Shown in pieces: positions 44,647 through 55,059 of a stretch of 64,000 nucleotides of DNA. The notes below the pieces were generated by a model. The model made no database searches and was not told the DNA's origin. It saw only the letters and a list, made by a program, of their open reading frames with translations. Numbering within the stretch: position 1 is the stretch's first letter; each line of letters opens with the position of its first letter. The stretch covers positions 1,612,001 to 1,676,000 of the forward strand of contig JAQOWU010000008.1 in the NCBI GenBank assembly GCA_030867685.1, written 5' to 3'. This DNA is from Wickerhamiella versatilis (lineage: Eukaryota). Position numbers and translations under genes: made by a program.

Positions 44647-45690
44647 TCAATAAGATTTTTTTAGACGCTCCAAAATTGCTTTCGAGACTCGGAGGTTGCT
44701 TGTGATTCCTGCAGGTTGTCTGATGGGGCCTGAACCCGAGGATTCTGCGAAAGCAATACGCCTCTGTTGTCGCTCGGCATCAGAAGGTGCATAGCGCTCT
44801 CTAGCCCGGCGAATTCGCCTACCTCCTCTGCGCTTAGAATGGCTCTCCTCAGGTATAGCTAATGGTCGTTCACGCACACTTGGTGGTGGTGCCAATAAAC
44901 GGTCCAGTCGATCTTCTATATTCCGTCGCCATTTCCTTCCCTGTGATCCATTTGGGGAAGAATTGGCCATATCCATTCGAGCGGCCAATACTATCTTTGC
45001 GGCCACCAACTTACAGCCCTTCTGCTTTAACTCTGAGGGAAGACTTATCAATAGAGGGTCTTTGCCCAAAATGCCATCAGCAAACCCTCCCCGTCGCGAT
45101 CTGGGCCTGCCAACAGCTGGAATATTTGAAGGGTTCGTTGATGCTAACTCTTTCACGCCTCCACACCAGGCTAAAAGTTCTACTAGAGTTCGTGGCTGAA
45201 CTATCTCGAGGAGATTAGGAGCCTCCAAGCAACTTTCAGCAGCGGTCACGAGAGATTCTCTCACAGAAATGAGGCTCTTCAGTTGGTCCAAGAGAGGTTG
45301 AATTTGTGTCCAGTCAACTTCGCATCCCTCATCATCCACAATAGCCGTTTCAATCTCAATAGCCCGATTTTTCCCCACAGCTTGAGCTAACTTCCCGCGG
45401 CCGCTTAAGTCGGGTCCCAAAATGCCTATTACCGAGACTAATTCGGAAATCTCTTCTGTATCCCATCTAGGCAGCCTTGGTGCATAAAGATGTCGCAATT
45501 CGGTGCTAACTTCCAATAGTGCACTATCGATTTCCACACAAATGCTTAGTCCGTTCACAGGATCAGCGATATTATCATTCGCCTTGGATATAATGCTTTC
45601 AATATCTGTATGATGCTCCTTGCTCCCACCGTCACTACTGCCATCATCACTTAGACCCTCTATAAGCGCGTCAAGCTCCGTGGCATCCAT
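44647..45690 (-). CDS. PRP31: U4/U6.U5 snRNP protein Prp31 (shortened)
   Basis: APNL, AAKIVLAARMD (Nop domain), PLAIP, KRRGGRRIRRARERY, RIAF. Confidence 0.82.
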   Translation of the reverse strand: MDATELDALIEGLSDDGSSDGGSKEHHTDIESIISKANDNIADPVNGLSICVEIDSALLEVSTELRHLYAPRLPRWDTEEISELVSVIGILGPDLSGRGKLAQAVGKNRAIEIETAIVDDEGCEVDWTQIQPLLDQLKSLISVRESLVTAAESCLEAPNLLEIVQPRTLVELLAWCGGVKELASTNPSNIPAVGRPRSRRGGFADGILGKDPLLISLPSELKQKGCKLVAAKIVLAARMDMANSSPNGSQGRKWRRNIEDRLDRLLAPPPSVRERPLAIPEESHSKRRGGRRIRRARERYAPSDAERQQRRIAFAESSGSGPIRQPAGITSNLRVSKAILERLKKSY

Positions 45691-45716
45691 CCATAAAACA
45701 CTGGATAATAATAATA

Positions 45717-46592
45717 TTACATAATTAAACAGAAGCGATCGCGCCGTCGACGCAATTTCGATCTCTTTGAAGAGACAGCCCCATTATTATTTCGACTGGC
45801 CGCATTCTTTGTTTGATTTCGTGATACTTGGTGTTGGTGCTGTGGTGCATGCTTTTTTGATTGCTTAGGTGAAAGCTGTGGTTTGACATTTTCATCGGCT
45901 TTGCTGTGTACCTGCTCTTGTGATGCTTGCTCTTGTATTTTTTTGCTGTTAAGGACTGCTGCAAGCGCCTCTGCAAATACTTGTTCAACATTCACGCCCT
46001 CTCGAGCTGAACATTCCACATAGTCAACTGCTCCAAGCTGCTTGCTGAGCAGTCGTGTTTCTGCTGCGTCAGTTGAGGTCTCTGCGGTCCTCCTATCTTT
46101 TTTAAGACCCACTACTAGGAACGGAAGACCCTTACCATAAACCGAGATCTCAGGAATCCAACGATCGACCAGGTTTTCTAACGACACAGGATTATCCACT
46201 GCAAAGCATACTAGAAATACATCAGTATTTGGATATGATAAGGCCCTTAGCCTATCATAGTCTTCCTGTCCAGCAGTATCCCATAGCCACAGTTCGATTT
46301 CTTTGCCGGCGAATCGAACGCGTCTAACAGTATTGTCAAATATGGTTGGAACATAGTCCTCAGGGAACTCTCCAGAAGCAAAACGGGTAAGTAAAGAAGT
46401 TTTACCGCATTCACCATCACCCACCACAACCAATTTTATCGTGAGGTCGCTAGGTAGAGAATCTGGTTGCCCACTATCTTCTTGTTCCAATTTCGGTGGG
46501 TCCTTCAATGTTGCTGATCGCGCCAACGAAGAGCTAGATGCTCCGTATGGTTGGCTCAGGAATGATCGCCGCTTTTGTGCTCGAAGATCCAT
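45717..46592 (-). CDS. RHO4: Rho-family GTPase, Rho4-like
   Basis: GDGECGKT, YVPTIFDN, LWDTAGQEDYDRLR, ECSA, N-terminal extension, polybasic tail and CAAX (CLIM). Confidence 0.75.
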   Translation of the reverse strand: MDLRAQKRRSFLSQPYGASSSSLARSATLKDPPKLEQEDSGQPDSLPSDLTIKLVVVGDGECGKTSLLTRFASGEFPEDYVPTIFDNTVRRVRFAGKEIELWLWDTAGQEDYDRLRALSYPNTDVFLVCFAVDNPVSLENLVDRWIPEISVYGKGLPFLVVGLKKDRRTAETSTDAAETRLLSKQLGAVDYVECSAREGVNVEQVFAEALAAVLNSKKIQEQASQEQVHSKADENVKPQLSPKQSKKHAPQHQHQVSRNQTKNAASRNNNGAVSSKRSKLRRRRDRFCLIM

Positions 46593-46828
46593 ATCTCCTG
46601 AATTACAATTTTACACCCCGTGAGGTGTTTGTTTCCTTAACTCATTAGTAAAGGCGTGAGCTATCTACTATCCGAGTGGAATCACGGGACAAGTATGCAG
46701 TTTAATTTATTAAATAATAGAAATACGAATGTCTTGCAATAATCTTCCTCCGATTTTTACGAACCTAATCTGGTCCTCTTTACGCATGGTGCTCGTAAAC
46801 TGACTATTAGCTAACTAATACGGTATTG

Positions 46829-48958
46829 ATGTCTTGGACTCCTGCGCAGGTTGCCGCCACAGTAAAGGCGCTGGATGATCCTACAGCCTATTTGCATGAA
46901 GTTATTTCTCATGAAGATACAGGGGCCGTACTAACCCATCTTGCAACCAATCCAGATACTCGTAAAAAGTTACTGAATTATTTTGAGGTATATTTCGACT
47001 ACGCAACAGACCAAATGGCTGAGAAGAGTGACCCACGGATGATCGCATTATCCTGGATAGCATATTATTCGAAGAAAATGCGTGCACCTATCCTCGAAAA
47101 GGTTGCGGTGAGCCTAAAGTCGTACCCTGCTGGACTCTCCGTCCTTGCGCGAATTGCGGAAGATCTACCAGCGGATTTCGTCCCTTTGACTGCACGTTGG
47201 ACTGATATTACCCAGGAACGTTATTGGGTTTCTCTTGCAGGCATAGTGCTGTCAAAGCTGATACCGTCATTTCCTAAAGAATTTACCAGTTATGTCGATG
47301 AATCCATGAAGAGTGATAACAAGATCATCGGTTACAGTGCTGCAACTATGGCCGCATCTCTTGGACATCGGGATGCTATCGTGGCTTGTAGTTCTTTGCA
47401 GTCTCCGCCATCCACAACTTCTAGTGATGACGTGCTTACCTCCTGCTGTTTGATGCTATCAAGCCTCTGTACTCAGGAACAGCACAGGACTTGGATTCAA
47501 ACACATTACGCAAGTTTTATTGGTGAAATACGATCGCAGAATACCCTAAGTGACTCTGCCCTGGTTGCCAGGTCCGTATATGTGAAGCTACTGGCAGGGA
47601 TTCCATCGTCGGATGTGGAAAAGGCTGCCACCGAGTATGATCAGGTGTCTGAACAAATCGAAGCTTTTGTTGAAGATCATAAGGTAGCAACCCCAGAGCA
47701 AAATAAGGGAATGGCTGTTCATGATGCAGCCTTAGAGGGGTTGGCCGCAACTTCTCTTTTATACTCTGTCAGATCACACTTTTCAAGCGTGAAAATCGAC
47801 AAAATCTCACAATGGGCACGACAACTCGACGATCCTAGTGCGGTTTACGCAGCTCTAGTGACGTTGTCTAACTTGACTGAATACCCCATGAAAGAAACTA
47901 AGGAAGAGCAAAAGATGATAGATCTCAGGAAGAGAGCACAACCTACTTTGTTTGATACCCAGGAAAAGCCAAGTCCCGAGGAAGTTTTGTCGCGGACTGA
48001 GGCAGTGTTAAAAACCAAGCTACTCTCCTGGTTGAGTCAGTACATCTCGAAGTTTAGCGTTGCAGCCCGTGAGCAAGTTTGCATGCTACTCAGGAATATG
48101 TCATGCCACCAAAGTATAGCAATTCGCCGAGAGATGGCCAGGCAGGGGGCGATGGTCACAGCCACTTACCTTTGGATGTGTGACAAGCCGCGCCTTGATG
48201 ATAAAGCTCGCAGCATTGCCGCTTCTACTATTGCGAAGATTATGATCAGTGTTGAACTCTCTGAAGGTGCAACAACTAAATACCCTCCTGCAGCTGCTGT
48301 GCCCGTCTTGGAAAGTCAAATTTTCAATGACCATAGTGCACGTAAAAATATGGATACATATGAGGCTCTACTCGCTCTCACAAACCTTGCAAGCTCACCA
48401 GATGATGAAATTAGAAGTTTGATTGCGCATAAATGTTGGAGACGGGTGCAGACAGCTTTACTCAGTGAATTTGTACCTATTCAGCGCGGCGCCTTAGAGG
48501 TCGTCTGTAATTTGATGTCTTCTAGCAGAGGTGCCCTCCGCATGACGGAGGATGGTGTAGAAAGCAGTGAAATGATATCTTTTCTTGGGAATGCGATGCT
48601 CTCAAGTGATAGGGCCTCCAGACTAGCAGCCTCAGGCGCATTGGCAATGCTAGTGGAGTGGCAAGGTGCTCCTGAACGGGTTGGACACAACAAGGCGGTT
48701 CTAGATGGTATCATTGGCTGTTTAGATGCTACTACCGAAAACGATGTGCTACTACGGGTATTAACTTTAGTTTGCTCATTGTTGCAGCGTAGTATAAAGG
48801 AGCAAGATGATGAAGTACCAATGACCCTCATATATCGTGATGGTATAGGAAGGCTGGAGAATATTGTAGAGGTTGTAGATGGCGAAAAGCAACCTGAGGT
48901 TAGTCTGCTATTACTGAAAGCAATCAAACTGCTTGCCCAGGCGAAGGCTTCAACTTAA
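46829..48958 (+). CDS. SHE4: UCS-domain myosin chaperone (She4/UNC-45/Cro1)
   Basis: LEGLAATS, MARQGA, DTYEALLALTNLAS, QRGALEVVCNL, LAASGALAML. Confidence 0.85.
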   Translation: MSWTPAQVAATVKALDDPTAYLHEVISHEDTGAVLTHLATNPDTRKKLLNYFEVYFDYATDQMAEKSDPRMIALSWIAYYSKKMRAPILEKVAVSLKSYPAGLSVLARIAEDLPADFVPLTARWTDITQERYWVSLAGIVLSKLIPSFPKEFTSYVDESMKSDNKIIGYSAATMAASLGHRDAIVACSSLQSPPSTTSSDDVLTSCCLMLSSLCTQEQHRTWIQTHYASFIGEIRSQNTLSDSALVARSVYVKLLAGIPSSDVEKAATEYDQVSEQIEAFVEDHKVATPEQNKGMAVHDAALEGLAATSLLYSVRSHFSSVKIDKISQWARQLDDPSAVYAALVTLSNLTEYPMKETKEEQKMIDLRKRAQPTLFDTQEKPSPEEVLSRTEAVLKTKLLSWLSQYISKFSVAAREQVCMLLRNMSCHQSIAIRREMARQGAMVTATYLWMCDKPRLDDKARSIAASTIAKIMISVELSEGATTKYPPAAAVPVLESQIFNDHSARKNMDTYEALLALTNLASSPDDEIRSLIAHKCWRRVQTALLSEFVPIQRGALEVVCNLMSSSRGALRMTEDGVESSEMISFLGNAMLSSDRASRLAASGALAMLVEWQGAPERVGHNKAVLDGIIGCLDATTENDVLLRVLTLVCSLLQRSIKEQDDEVPMTLIYRDGIGRLENIVEVVDGEKQPEVSLLLLKAIKLLAQAKAST

Positions 48959-49088
48959 GTATCAGGATATTACTAGAGTATACGATTTATTATTTATATC
49001 TATATATATCTCTTGGTTACCAAACCTCTAAATAAGTTTACTGATCTAAATTTGCATGTCAGATATGAATATCTTAACGATCTAGATC

Positions 49089-50156
49089 TCATCTGGTGTC
49101 TCTATCAAGTTCCCTTAGCAACCTTGCCAACGAATTGACTTCAATTTGACTAGAACGAACCCCTAAAGAAGCAACCACATCACCAAAATCAGCATTCAAA
49201 AACTTTGGATGGCGGGTAAGCGTCTTGTAGGCGGCTTGTGCTGGAATAAAAATACCCTCAGGAGGATGGCTGACAGGCTTAGCTGCAACAGTGGAGCAGA
49301 ATAAGGTCAACATTGGGTCATCACGACACTGTTCACAATTCAATGGATTCCCTGTACATTCTGTGCTTGATGTAGCTTGGGACGAAACTGCTGGTGCACC
49401 TCCTAATGTTGTGACATCCGATGTATCACCATATTCCTTCTCTTCAGCAGCTTGTGCACATACGCACGGAAACCCATCGGAGCAGAATCCACACTTATCA
49501 GTCAGTTCCAGCTTTCTCATTCGTTTGAAGCTTTGAGTAAAATCCATCTCAAGTGATGAAGATCTTCGGCGCAAAGGGACTGCCGGCTGAGACCAATTAG
49601 TTTCGGTGAGTTGTAGTCCAGTAACAGGTGGGATCTGTCTTGTTACTGCTGGACTAGTACTAGCTTTGCTACTTCTCGGAGATACTGCACTAGGCGAGGC
49701 CGGTTTTTTCATCACGGGAAGCTTCTGATCCAACACATGATCAAGGAGTTCTAATGCCGCAGGAGAGTCACCGACTACAGCTGGACTTTGGGGTGTGAAG
49801 GCCAATGCTGGTGGACTGCCACTGGCACGCAGTTGTTGATTTTCCCGCCTCAGCTCCTCAATCTGAGCTTGCATTTGTGCCTGTGCTTGGGAGGATTGCA
49901 ACAGCTGCTGTGCTAGACGGTCTTCAAGTTCCCGGACAGCAGTACTTCTGCGCTCTCTGAATGCCCTCTGGGAATCACGATTCTGATTTTTCCGCCTGTT
50001 GCCTGGTGGATCCGAAGCTGGCTTACGACCAGGCTTCGGCCGCGGCGGGACCACATAACTTTTGGATATACTTAGATGAACTTGTGATGGACCAAGAGAT
50101 TCGCCAGGTGGACTACCCGCTGGCGGCGTCTTCGCCGCTAGCGGTTTCGGCAACAT
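49089..50156 (-). CDS. HAPX: Iron-responsive bZIP regulator HapX/Hap43
   Basis: Hap4-like motif (ISKSYVVPPRPKPGRKP), bZIP (RKNQNRDSQRAFRER), CGFCSDGFPCVC, CTGNPLNCEQC..LFC. Confidence 0.9.
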   Translation of the reverse strand: MLPKPLAAKTPPAGSPPGESLGPSQVHLSISKSYVVPPRPKPGRKPASDPPGNRRKNQNRDSQRAFRERRSTAVRELEDRLAQQLLQSSQAQAQMQAQIEELRRENQQLRASGSPPALAFTPQSPAVVGDSPAALELLDHVLDQKLPVMKKPASPSAVSPRSSKASTSPAVTRQIPPVTGLQLTETNWSQPAVPLRRRSSSLEMDFTQSFKRMRKLELTDKCGFCSDGFPCVCAQAAEEKEYGDTSDVTTLGGAPAVSSQATSSTECTGNPLNCEQCRDDPMLTLFCSTVAAKPVSHPPEGIFIPAQAAYKTLTRHPKFLNADFGDVVASLGVRSSQIEVNSLARLLRELDRDTR

Positions 50157-50474
50157 GTATGACTCATATGATTACGCAGATCAAATATCTATTTAATCAT
50201 TCGGGTACGGGTTAGATGAGCCCCGGGGTCACCTGTACTGTTAATTGTAATTCTGTTGATCTGAGTGGATAAGGGACTTTAAATATATTCAGAAACATAT
50301 GAGAACTACATCGAACTCAGAATTCGCATCATGCAGATCTTGGGGTGTATGCGAGCCGTTCAGCTTTGACATACGTATCGATCAATTAGTTACCGGATCT
50401 CTCACTAATAGGGAGAGAAAATCATAACCATTAACATTAGCTGCTTAGTAGTAAAAAATATGAAAAAAAAAGAA

Positions 50475-50548
50475 TGATTCGACCCAGGATCGAACTGGGG
50501 ACCTGGTGCGTGTTAGGCACCCGTCATAACCAACTAGACCATCGAACC
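50475..50548 (-). tRNA. tRNA-Val(AAC), intronless
   Basis: GGTTCGA acceptor stem, GGTGC-CTAACAC-GCACC anticodon arm, GTTCGATC T-loop, downstream oligo-T. Confidence 0.97.
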
Positions 50549-50647
50549 GATCTTATGATAGATGGAGTATCTATACCTATAGAAGGGGACACAGTTGTTA
50601 TCCGACTTGTCTCATAATTATCGTACTAATTTTGCCTATTATACATA

Positions 50648-50920
50648 TTATCGGCGTTCAATTGGAAGGTTCGGAACTCTCTTTTGAGACTCGGTGATGT
50701 CCGGGTTGACCATTTTTTCAATGAGATTGGCACGAACAACACCCACTGGCAGCTGGCGTTTAATGGCAATCCCCTGAAGGGCACCAGAGTGCCCAATAAT
50801 TGACGCATAGCTGTCGCGATAAATATTCGTGAGCCAAACTTCACGGGACATATCTGGATCCCCCAGACCTAGATGTTTGGCCTGTTGCTGCTCAAAAACA
50901 TGCTCTTCTCTAGAGGGCAT
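50648..50920 (-). CDS. YSF3: SF3b subunit Ysf3/SF3B5
   Basis: AKHLGLG..D, WLTNIYRDSYASIIGH, LIEKMVNP. Confidence 0.88.
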   Translation of the reverse strand: MPSREEHVFEQQQAKHLGLGDPDMSREVWLTNIYRDSYASIIGHSGALQGIAIKRQLPVGVVRANLIEKMVNPDITESQKRVPNLPIERR

Positions 50921-51166
50921 CCAACCCGACGACAGCGCTGATTATTAACACGACTCACGAAATTATTCGTCTGCCCAATGGCTCGCCTCTTGGCAAAAAA
51001 GCTTTGAAGTTGAATGCTACCAACATAAATTTGGCCAGGCTTAAATTACTAGGACCTAAAAAAATTATTCTTAAAAAAAAAGACAGGAGTAAGGAGCTAC
51101 ACCTCAAAGGTAGGTGCAAGGTATATATGACGACGGAATGTAGCCCATGCTATATATTTGTGCTTT

Positions 51167-51958
51167 TTAAAAGGCACTTACAGCCATAGGCACAAAGCCT
51201 GGAGACCAAGGTCTCCCAGAAAGAACTGGTGTTGGCGGACGTTGGCTACTGCAGAAGACCGCCCAACATTGACCCCAACGATCATAGTGATCGGTTAGAT
51301 GTCCAGTAGCATTAAGTGTCCAATCCACTTCTTTTAACCACTCCAGTTCTAACTGTGTGATGTCCTCGAGAGGCAAACCAGTTGCTTGCGACCAAGACGA
51401 ATTTGTGAACGTATTGTCATCGTTCATCTTATTTGCCAGCATGAGTGCGACGACAAGATAATGGCAGACAAATCCGGCTTTGAATCCACCGGGTCTTGTC
51501 CGCAGATATGTGAGTGCGAGTAGGACGGTTGAGAGCTGGGGGCGCGTCGCCAGCAAAGTTTGAGATACGAAAACACGAAGCTGCTCACGATGTGGCGCAG
51601 ACCAAAATCCAGTATCCTCTCCAACCAACATCCCATGTGCCATTTGTGACAGAAAACGCACCATGACTTCGAAATCGTAGTCTACGTCCGCGACACCAGG
51701 AGAAGCATTGTGGTTGACCGGCGCACCAGGAATCCAATAAGGAGCAGCATGTACGAGCTGAGGTGCGTAAACAGAGGGCATCGCCCCCGTATACACGGGT
51801 GCATAATGGGATATAGGACCATTCTGCTGCTGTGGCACGTATACCTGCGAATACACTGGTGCGGACCAGATGCCCCACGGTTGGGGCCACGCTGGCTCAA
51901 ACTGGATGGGCACGGATGAGACATAGCTACGAGCCGGTTGTTGTGCAATAAATGCCAT
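51167..51958 (-). CDS. CLG1: Pho85-family cyclin-like protein (Clg1-like)
   Basis: LLATR..LSTVLLALTYL, LMLANKMNDDNTFTNSSW, LELEWL..VDW; first ATG at 51958. Confidence 0.7.
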   Translation of the reverse strand: MAFIAQQPARSYVSSVPIQFEPAWPQPWGIWSAPVYSQVYVPQQQNGPISHYAPVYTGAMPSVYAPQLVHAAPYWIPGAPVNHNASPGVADVDYDFEVMVRFLSQMAHGMLVGEDTGFWSAPHREQLRVFVSQTLLATRPQLSTVLLALTYLRTRPGGFKAGFVCHYLVVALMLANKMNDDNTFTNSSWSQATGLPLEDITQLELEWLKEVDWTLNATGHLTDHYDRWGQCWAVFCSSQRPPTPVLSGRPWSPGFVPMAVSAF

Positions 51959-52432
51959 ACTCACTGAACGGGATAAGCTACTGAAAGCTTCCCTAATTGA
52001 AAGAGTAGGCTGCGACCTCTAGAAGGAGGGTGAAAAAAGAATCTTCCACTCAGCATCTCCCAATTGAATAATCCCTATTATGTAATCAACTGGATGTTGC
52101 ATCCCTGGTGCCTGGCGGCTTATTTTCCTGCCATTATGCGACTAAAATTTGGTAAACTATTTACATACTTAGGCACTGGTGGACGTGTATGAATGCATTC
52201 CCATTCTCGTCGATGCTAGAATCATCCGCAACTCAAAGGGATATATTACCCAACCCTACCATACTGTATATACGCATACCGAACACCATCAGTGCGCAAA
52301 ACGAATAGATTAGCAAGTAACCTAAATTGGCCCGTTACAGTTTAGAACGAGTATTACTTTAGCGGTGTTAATATCAGTTATAGAATCACTTGGTTCTAAA
52401 AAACCATTAGTGCCTCAAAAAAAGACCTATAC

Positions 52433-53095
52433 TTACTCAAGAGGGGTGAGACGAAGGTAAGGCTTGATTGCGCGGAACTTGGGGAAGACCTTCTTTGCCT
52501 CCTCATCATTAACCGTGGGGGCGATGATCACGTCGTCACCAGGGGTCCAGTTAATGGGCGTGGTAACCCGGTGCTTGTCTCCCGTTTGCAGAGAGTCGAC
52601 AACACGGAGAACCTCAGCAGTGTTTCGGCCAGTAGACGCAGGGTACGCCATGATCAAACGAATGGTCTTCTTAGGGTCGATGATGAAAACTGAACGAATG
52701 GTCAACGCAAGTCCCTTTGCGTCGACATTCGTAGCGTCCTGGTGATCTATCATATCATAAGCCAGGGATACCTTCCTCTCTGGGTCGGCAACAATCGGGA
52801 AGTCCAGACGCGAGTCGTTAACTTCATCGATATCCTTAATCCAGGCCTTGTGGGATTCCAAGCCGTTCGCACTAAGACCGATCAGCTTGACATTACGTTT
52901 CGTGAACTCAGGCTCAAGCTTCGCAAAAGCACCGAGCTCTGTAGTACACACGGGAGTGAAGTCGTCAGGATGCGAGAAAAGAATTCCCCATGAGTCTCCA
53001 AGATAATCGTAGAGGTTTAATGGACCTTTGCTGGTCTCTGCATCGAAATTTGGGGCTTTAGAGCCTAGACGCAACGTTCCATTGATGGATGACAT
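52433..53095 (-). CDS. PRX1: 1-Cys peroxiredoxin
   Basis: LFSHPDDFTPVCTTE, RSVFIIDP, YPASTGRN, TPINW, PYLR; first ATG at 53095. Confidence 0.95.
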   Translation of the reverse strand: MSSINGTLRLGSKAPNFDAETSKGPLNLYDYLGDSWGILFSHPDDFTPVCTTELGAFAKLEPEFTKRNVKLIGLSANGLESHKAWIKDIDEVNDSRLDFPIVADPERKVSLAYDMIDHQDATNVDAKGLALTIRSVFIIDPKKTIRLIMAYPASTGRNTAEVLRVVDSLQTGDKHRVTTPINWTPGDDVIIAPTVNDEEAKKVFPKFRAIKPYLRLTPLE

Positions 53096-53539
53096 TTTAG
53101 AACTAAGTGACTGGGGTTCAAGCACCCTGTTGCTAGATATACGTGGCAAGTCAGATCACGTGCGAAAACGTAATCCGATCTGAGAAAAGACCTTCTAGAT
53201 AATGTATAGTCACACAGTCACACCGCGCGGACAAAAAACGACACAACCACAATATAGACTTCACCAATTCTCCTCGGGTTTCGTTTTGCATTAAAAAATC
53301 GTGGTTTTATACCTACTCCTATAGGGGATCTCATTCCCGCCGGGGGTAGGGGTGATCATAACCTCCTTACCCTCTATGTGGGGACCTAAAGCTGGCCTCT
53401 AAAACATATCACTTATTATTCTTATTGACTGAAGGGCAAAAGAGAACCGGAAGGTTTCTTGGTTGGTATCAAAATACAAGCACTGCGTAAGAGTGGCGAT
53501 GTCCCAGGTTTGCCTTATCATAGTTGAGCTTCATTTCCA

Positions 53540-54997
53540 TTAGAAGATGTATGGTAGATAAATGTACGGGCACCGCCTCTTATACTCGTCCCAATCAGAT
53601 CCATACTTTTTAGAACACTTATCAAAATCACGCGCCGTACGATGAAGTATCATCACGAAGAAGAACACAGGATAGAAATAAGGAAGGGGTGAGTTAAACC
53701 CTGTGATAAGCGCCCAGGATAGGTTCTGCGTGAAATCCGCTGTGTAGTGGGCCTTGCGGGCGTATTTAAACCAGCCGTCGGTGAGAAGGGTGCTACCATT
53801 TGCACACTTGATATAGCTGGGGTTTTCCACCACCGTATATGGGAGAGCAGGAAACGTCTTACGTTTGATGAGTTTTCCTTGCATCTGGAGACGGAATGAG
53901 TTCTTTTGCCCATTGCCCGTATCAAAGAAATAGTAGGCAGTAAGCAACAGTATCCACAGGAAGGTCTTGTAGGGCGTGCTGAGAGCATACTCGCTCGGAT
54001 CATGTGAATAGAGGTAGAGAATGTTGTAACAGTATGTGAACGGCACACCACTGATGTTCCAGAAGATAAGCATAAAGCCAAATTTCTCATAAAACAGATC
54101 CCATGAAGGAACGATCAAGTGCTCACCCTTAGCACAAGCGTTGCCGTAGAGCCACGTAGCGGCAAATACGAAAGCATGCTGGGAAGGTACGTAGCCGTAC
54201 TTCTCATAAGAATTGAGGACAAGCGCGAGCCCAAGGAAAAGAAGTGTGAACCAGGGCAAACGTACTTCGAAGAATAGCTTAAAGTCGACCTTACCAAGGC
54301 GGGGATAGAGGGGAGCACCCATAAAAAAGTCATGAATCCAGTTGCCGCTCATTCGCACCGCAGTCTTCTGCCACCACACGCTCTGGACAAAAATGAATAC
54401 GGAGAAGGCGTACCCAATTATGATTGAGACCGTCATGATCTCTCCAAACCTATCAAGAATTGTGGGCAACCTGAAAATCCCCGAGAAATGTAGACCCAGG
54501 GCCAGTGTTAGGGACGCATACAGGGCCTGATACGCGTTGCAATAGTAGGTGAGGTGCGTCTTGAGGTGAGGAACATAAATACCCTCCGTATAGAGTCCAC
54601 CAGGCAGCCATAGCGCGAAGATAAGCTGAAGAACGAAATATCCCCCTTCAATTGCCCACGCCTGGCGTGTCGGATACGCACTCTCGTACGCCAACCCAAC
54701 GAGACGCTTTACGAAAGTAATATAAGATTCACCTGGGAAGGGGAGCAACAACTGACAGCTATTATACTTGTAGCAAACGTACATGTACCACATGAGACAT
54801 GGGAAGAGAATCATCATTGCAAGATTGCCTGCCCATCCCCCAAACTCTTGTTCACCAGTGTATACGGTGATGTCAGTGACTCTGCCCTTATTGCGGCGGC
54901 GTGTTGAGGCCGGCCTTTGCAGTGCACGCTTATATTCTAACTCCTCCTCGTCAGTGAGTTTCCTAGTTCCACGACCTTGAGAGCGCGTCGTAACCAT
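53540..54997 (-). CDS. ERG4: Sterol C-24(28) reductase
   Basis: EFGG, YYCNA, FFEVRLPW, NACAKGE, QKNSFR, RDFDKCSKKYG, PYIF. Confidence 0.93.
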   Translation of the reverse strand: MVTTRSQGRGTRKLTDEEELEYKRALQRPASTRRRNKGRVTDITVYTGEQEFGGWAGNLAMMILFPCLMWYMYVCYKYNSCQLLLPFPGESYITFVKRLVGLAYESAYPTRQAWAIEGGYFVLQLIFALWLPGGLYTEGIYVPHLKTHLTYYCNAYQALYASLTLALGLHFSGIFRLPTILDRFGEIMTVSIIIGYAFSVFIFVQSVWWQKTAVRMSGNWIHDFFMGAPLYPRLGKVDFKLFFEVRLPWFTLLFLGLALVLNSYEKYGYVPSQHAFVFAATWLYGNACAKGEHLIVPSWDLFYEKFGFMLIFWNISGVPFTYCYNILYLYSHDPSEYALSTPYKTFLWILLLTAYYFFDTGNGQKNSFRLQMQGKLIKRKTFPALPYTVVENPSYIKCANGSTLLTDGWFKYARKAHYTADFTQNLSWALITGFNSPLPYFYPVFFFVMILHRTARDFDKCSKKYGSDWDEYKRRCPYIYLPYIF

Positions 54998-55059
54998 GAT
55001 GACTCAGCAATGAAGATGAAAACAAACAAAAAACTACATAAGTTCGCTTAAGAAGCATT

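Noticed and set aside
34503..50920. Apparent clusters of splicing (HSH49, PRP31, YSF3), iron (MMT, HAPX) or cytokinesis genes
   Set aside because: Interspersed with unrelated genes; compatible with chance in a dense genome
53145..53535. Resemblance to RNase MRP motifs (TGCGAAAACGTAAT, CATAGTT, GAGCTT)
   Set aside because: The P4 helix cannot form with the correct bulge, and the 5' part would overlap the PRX1 CDS
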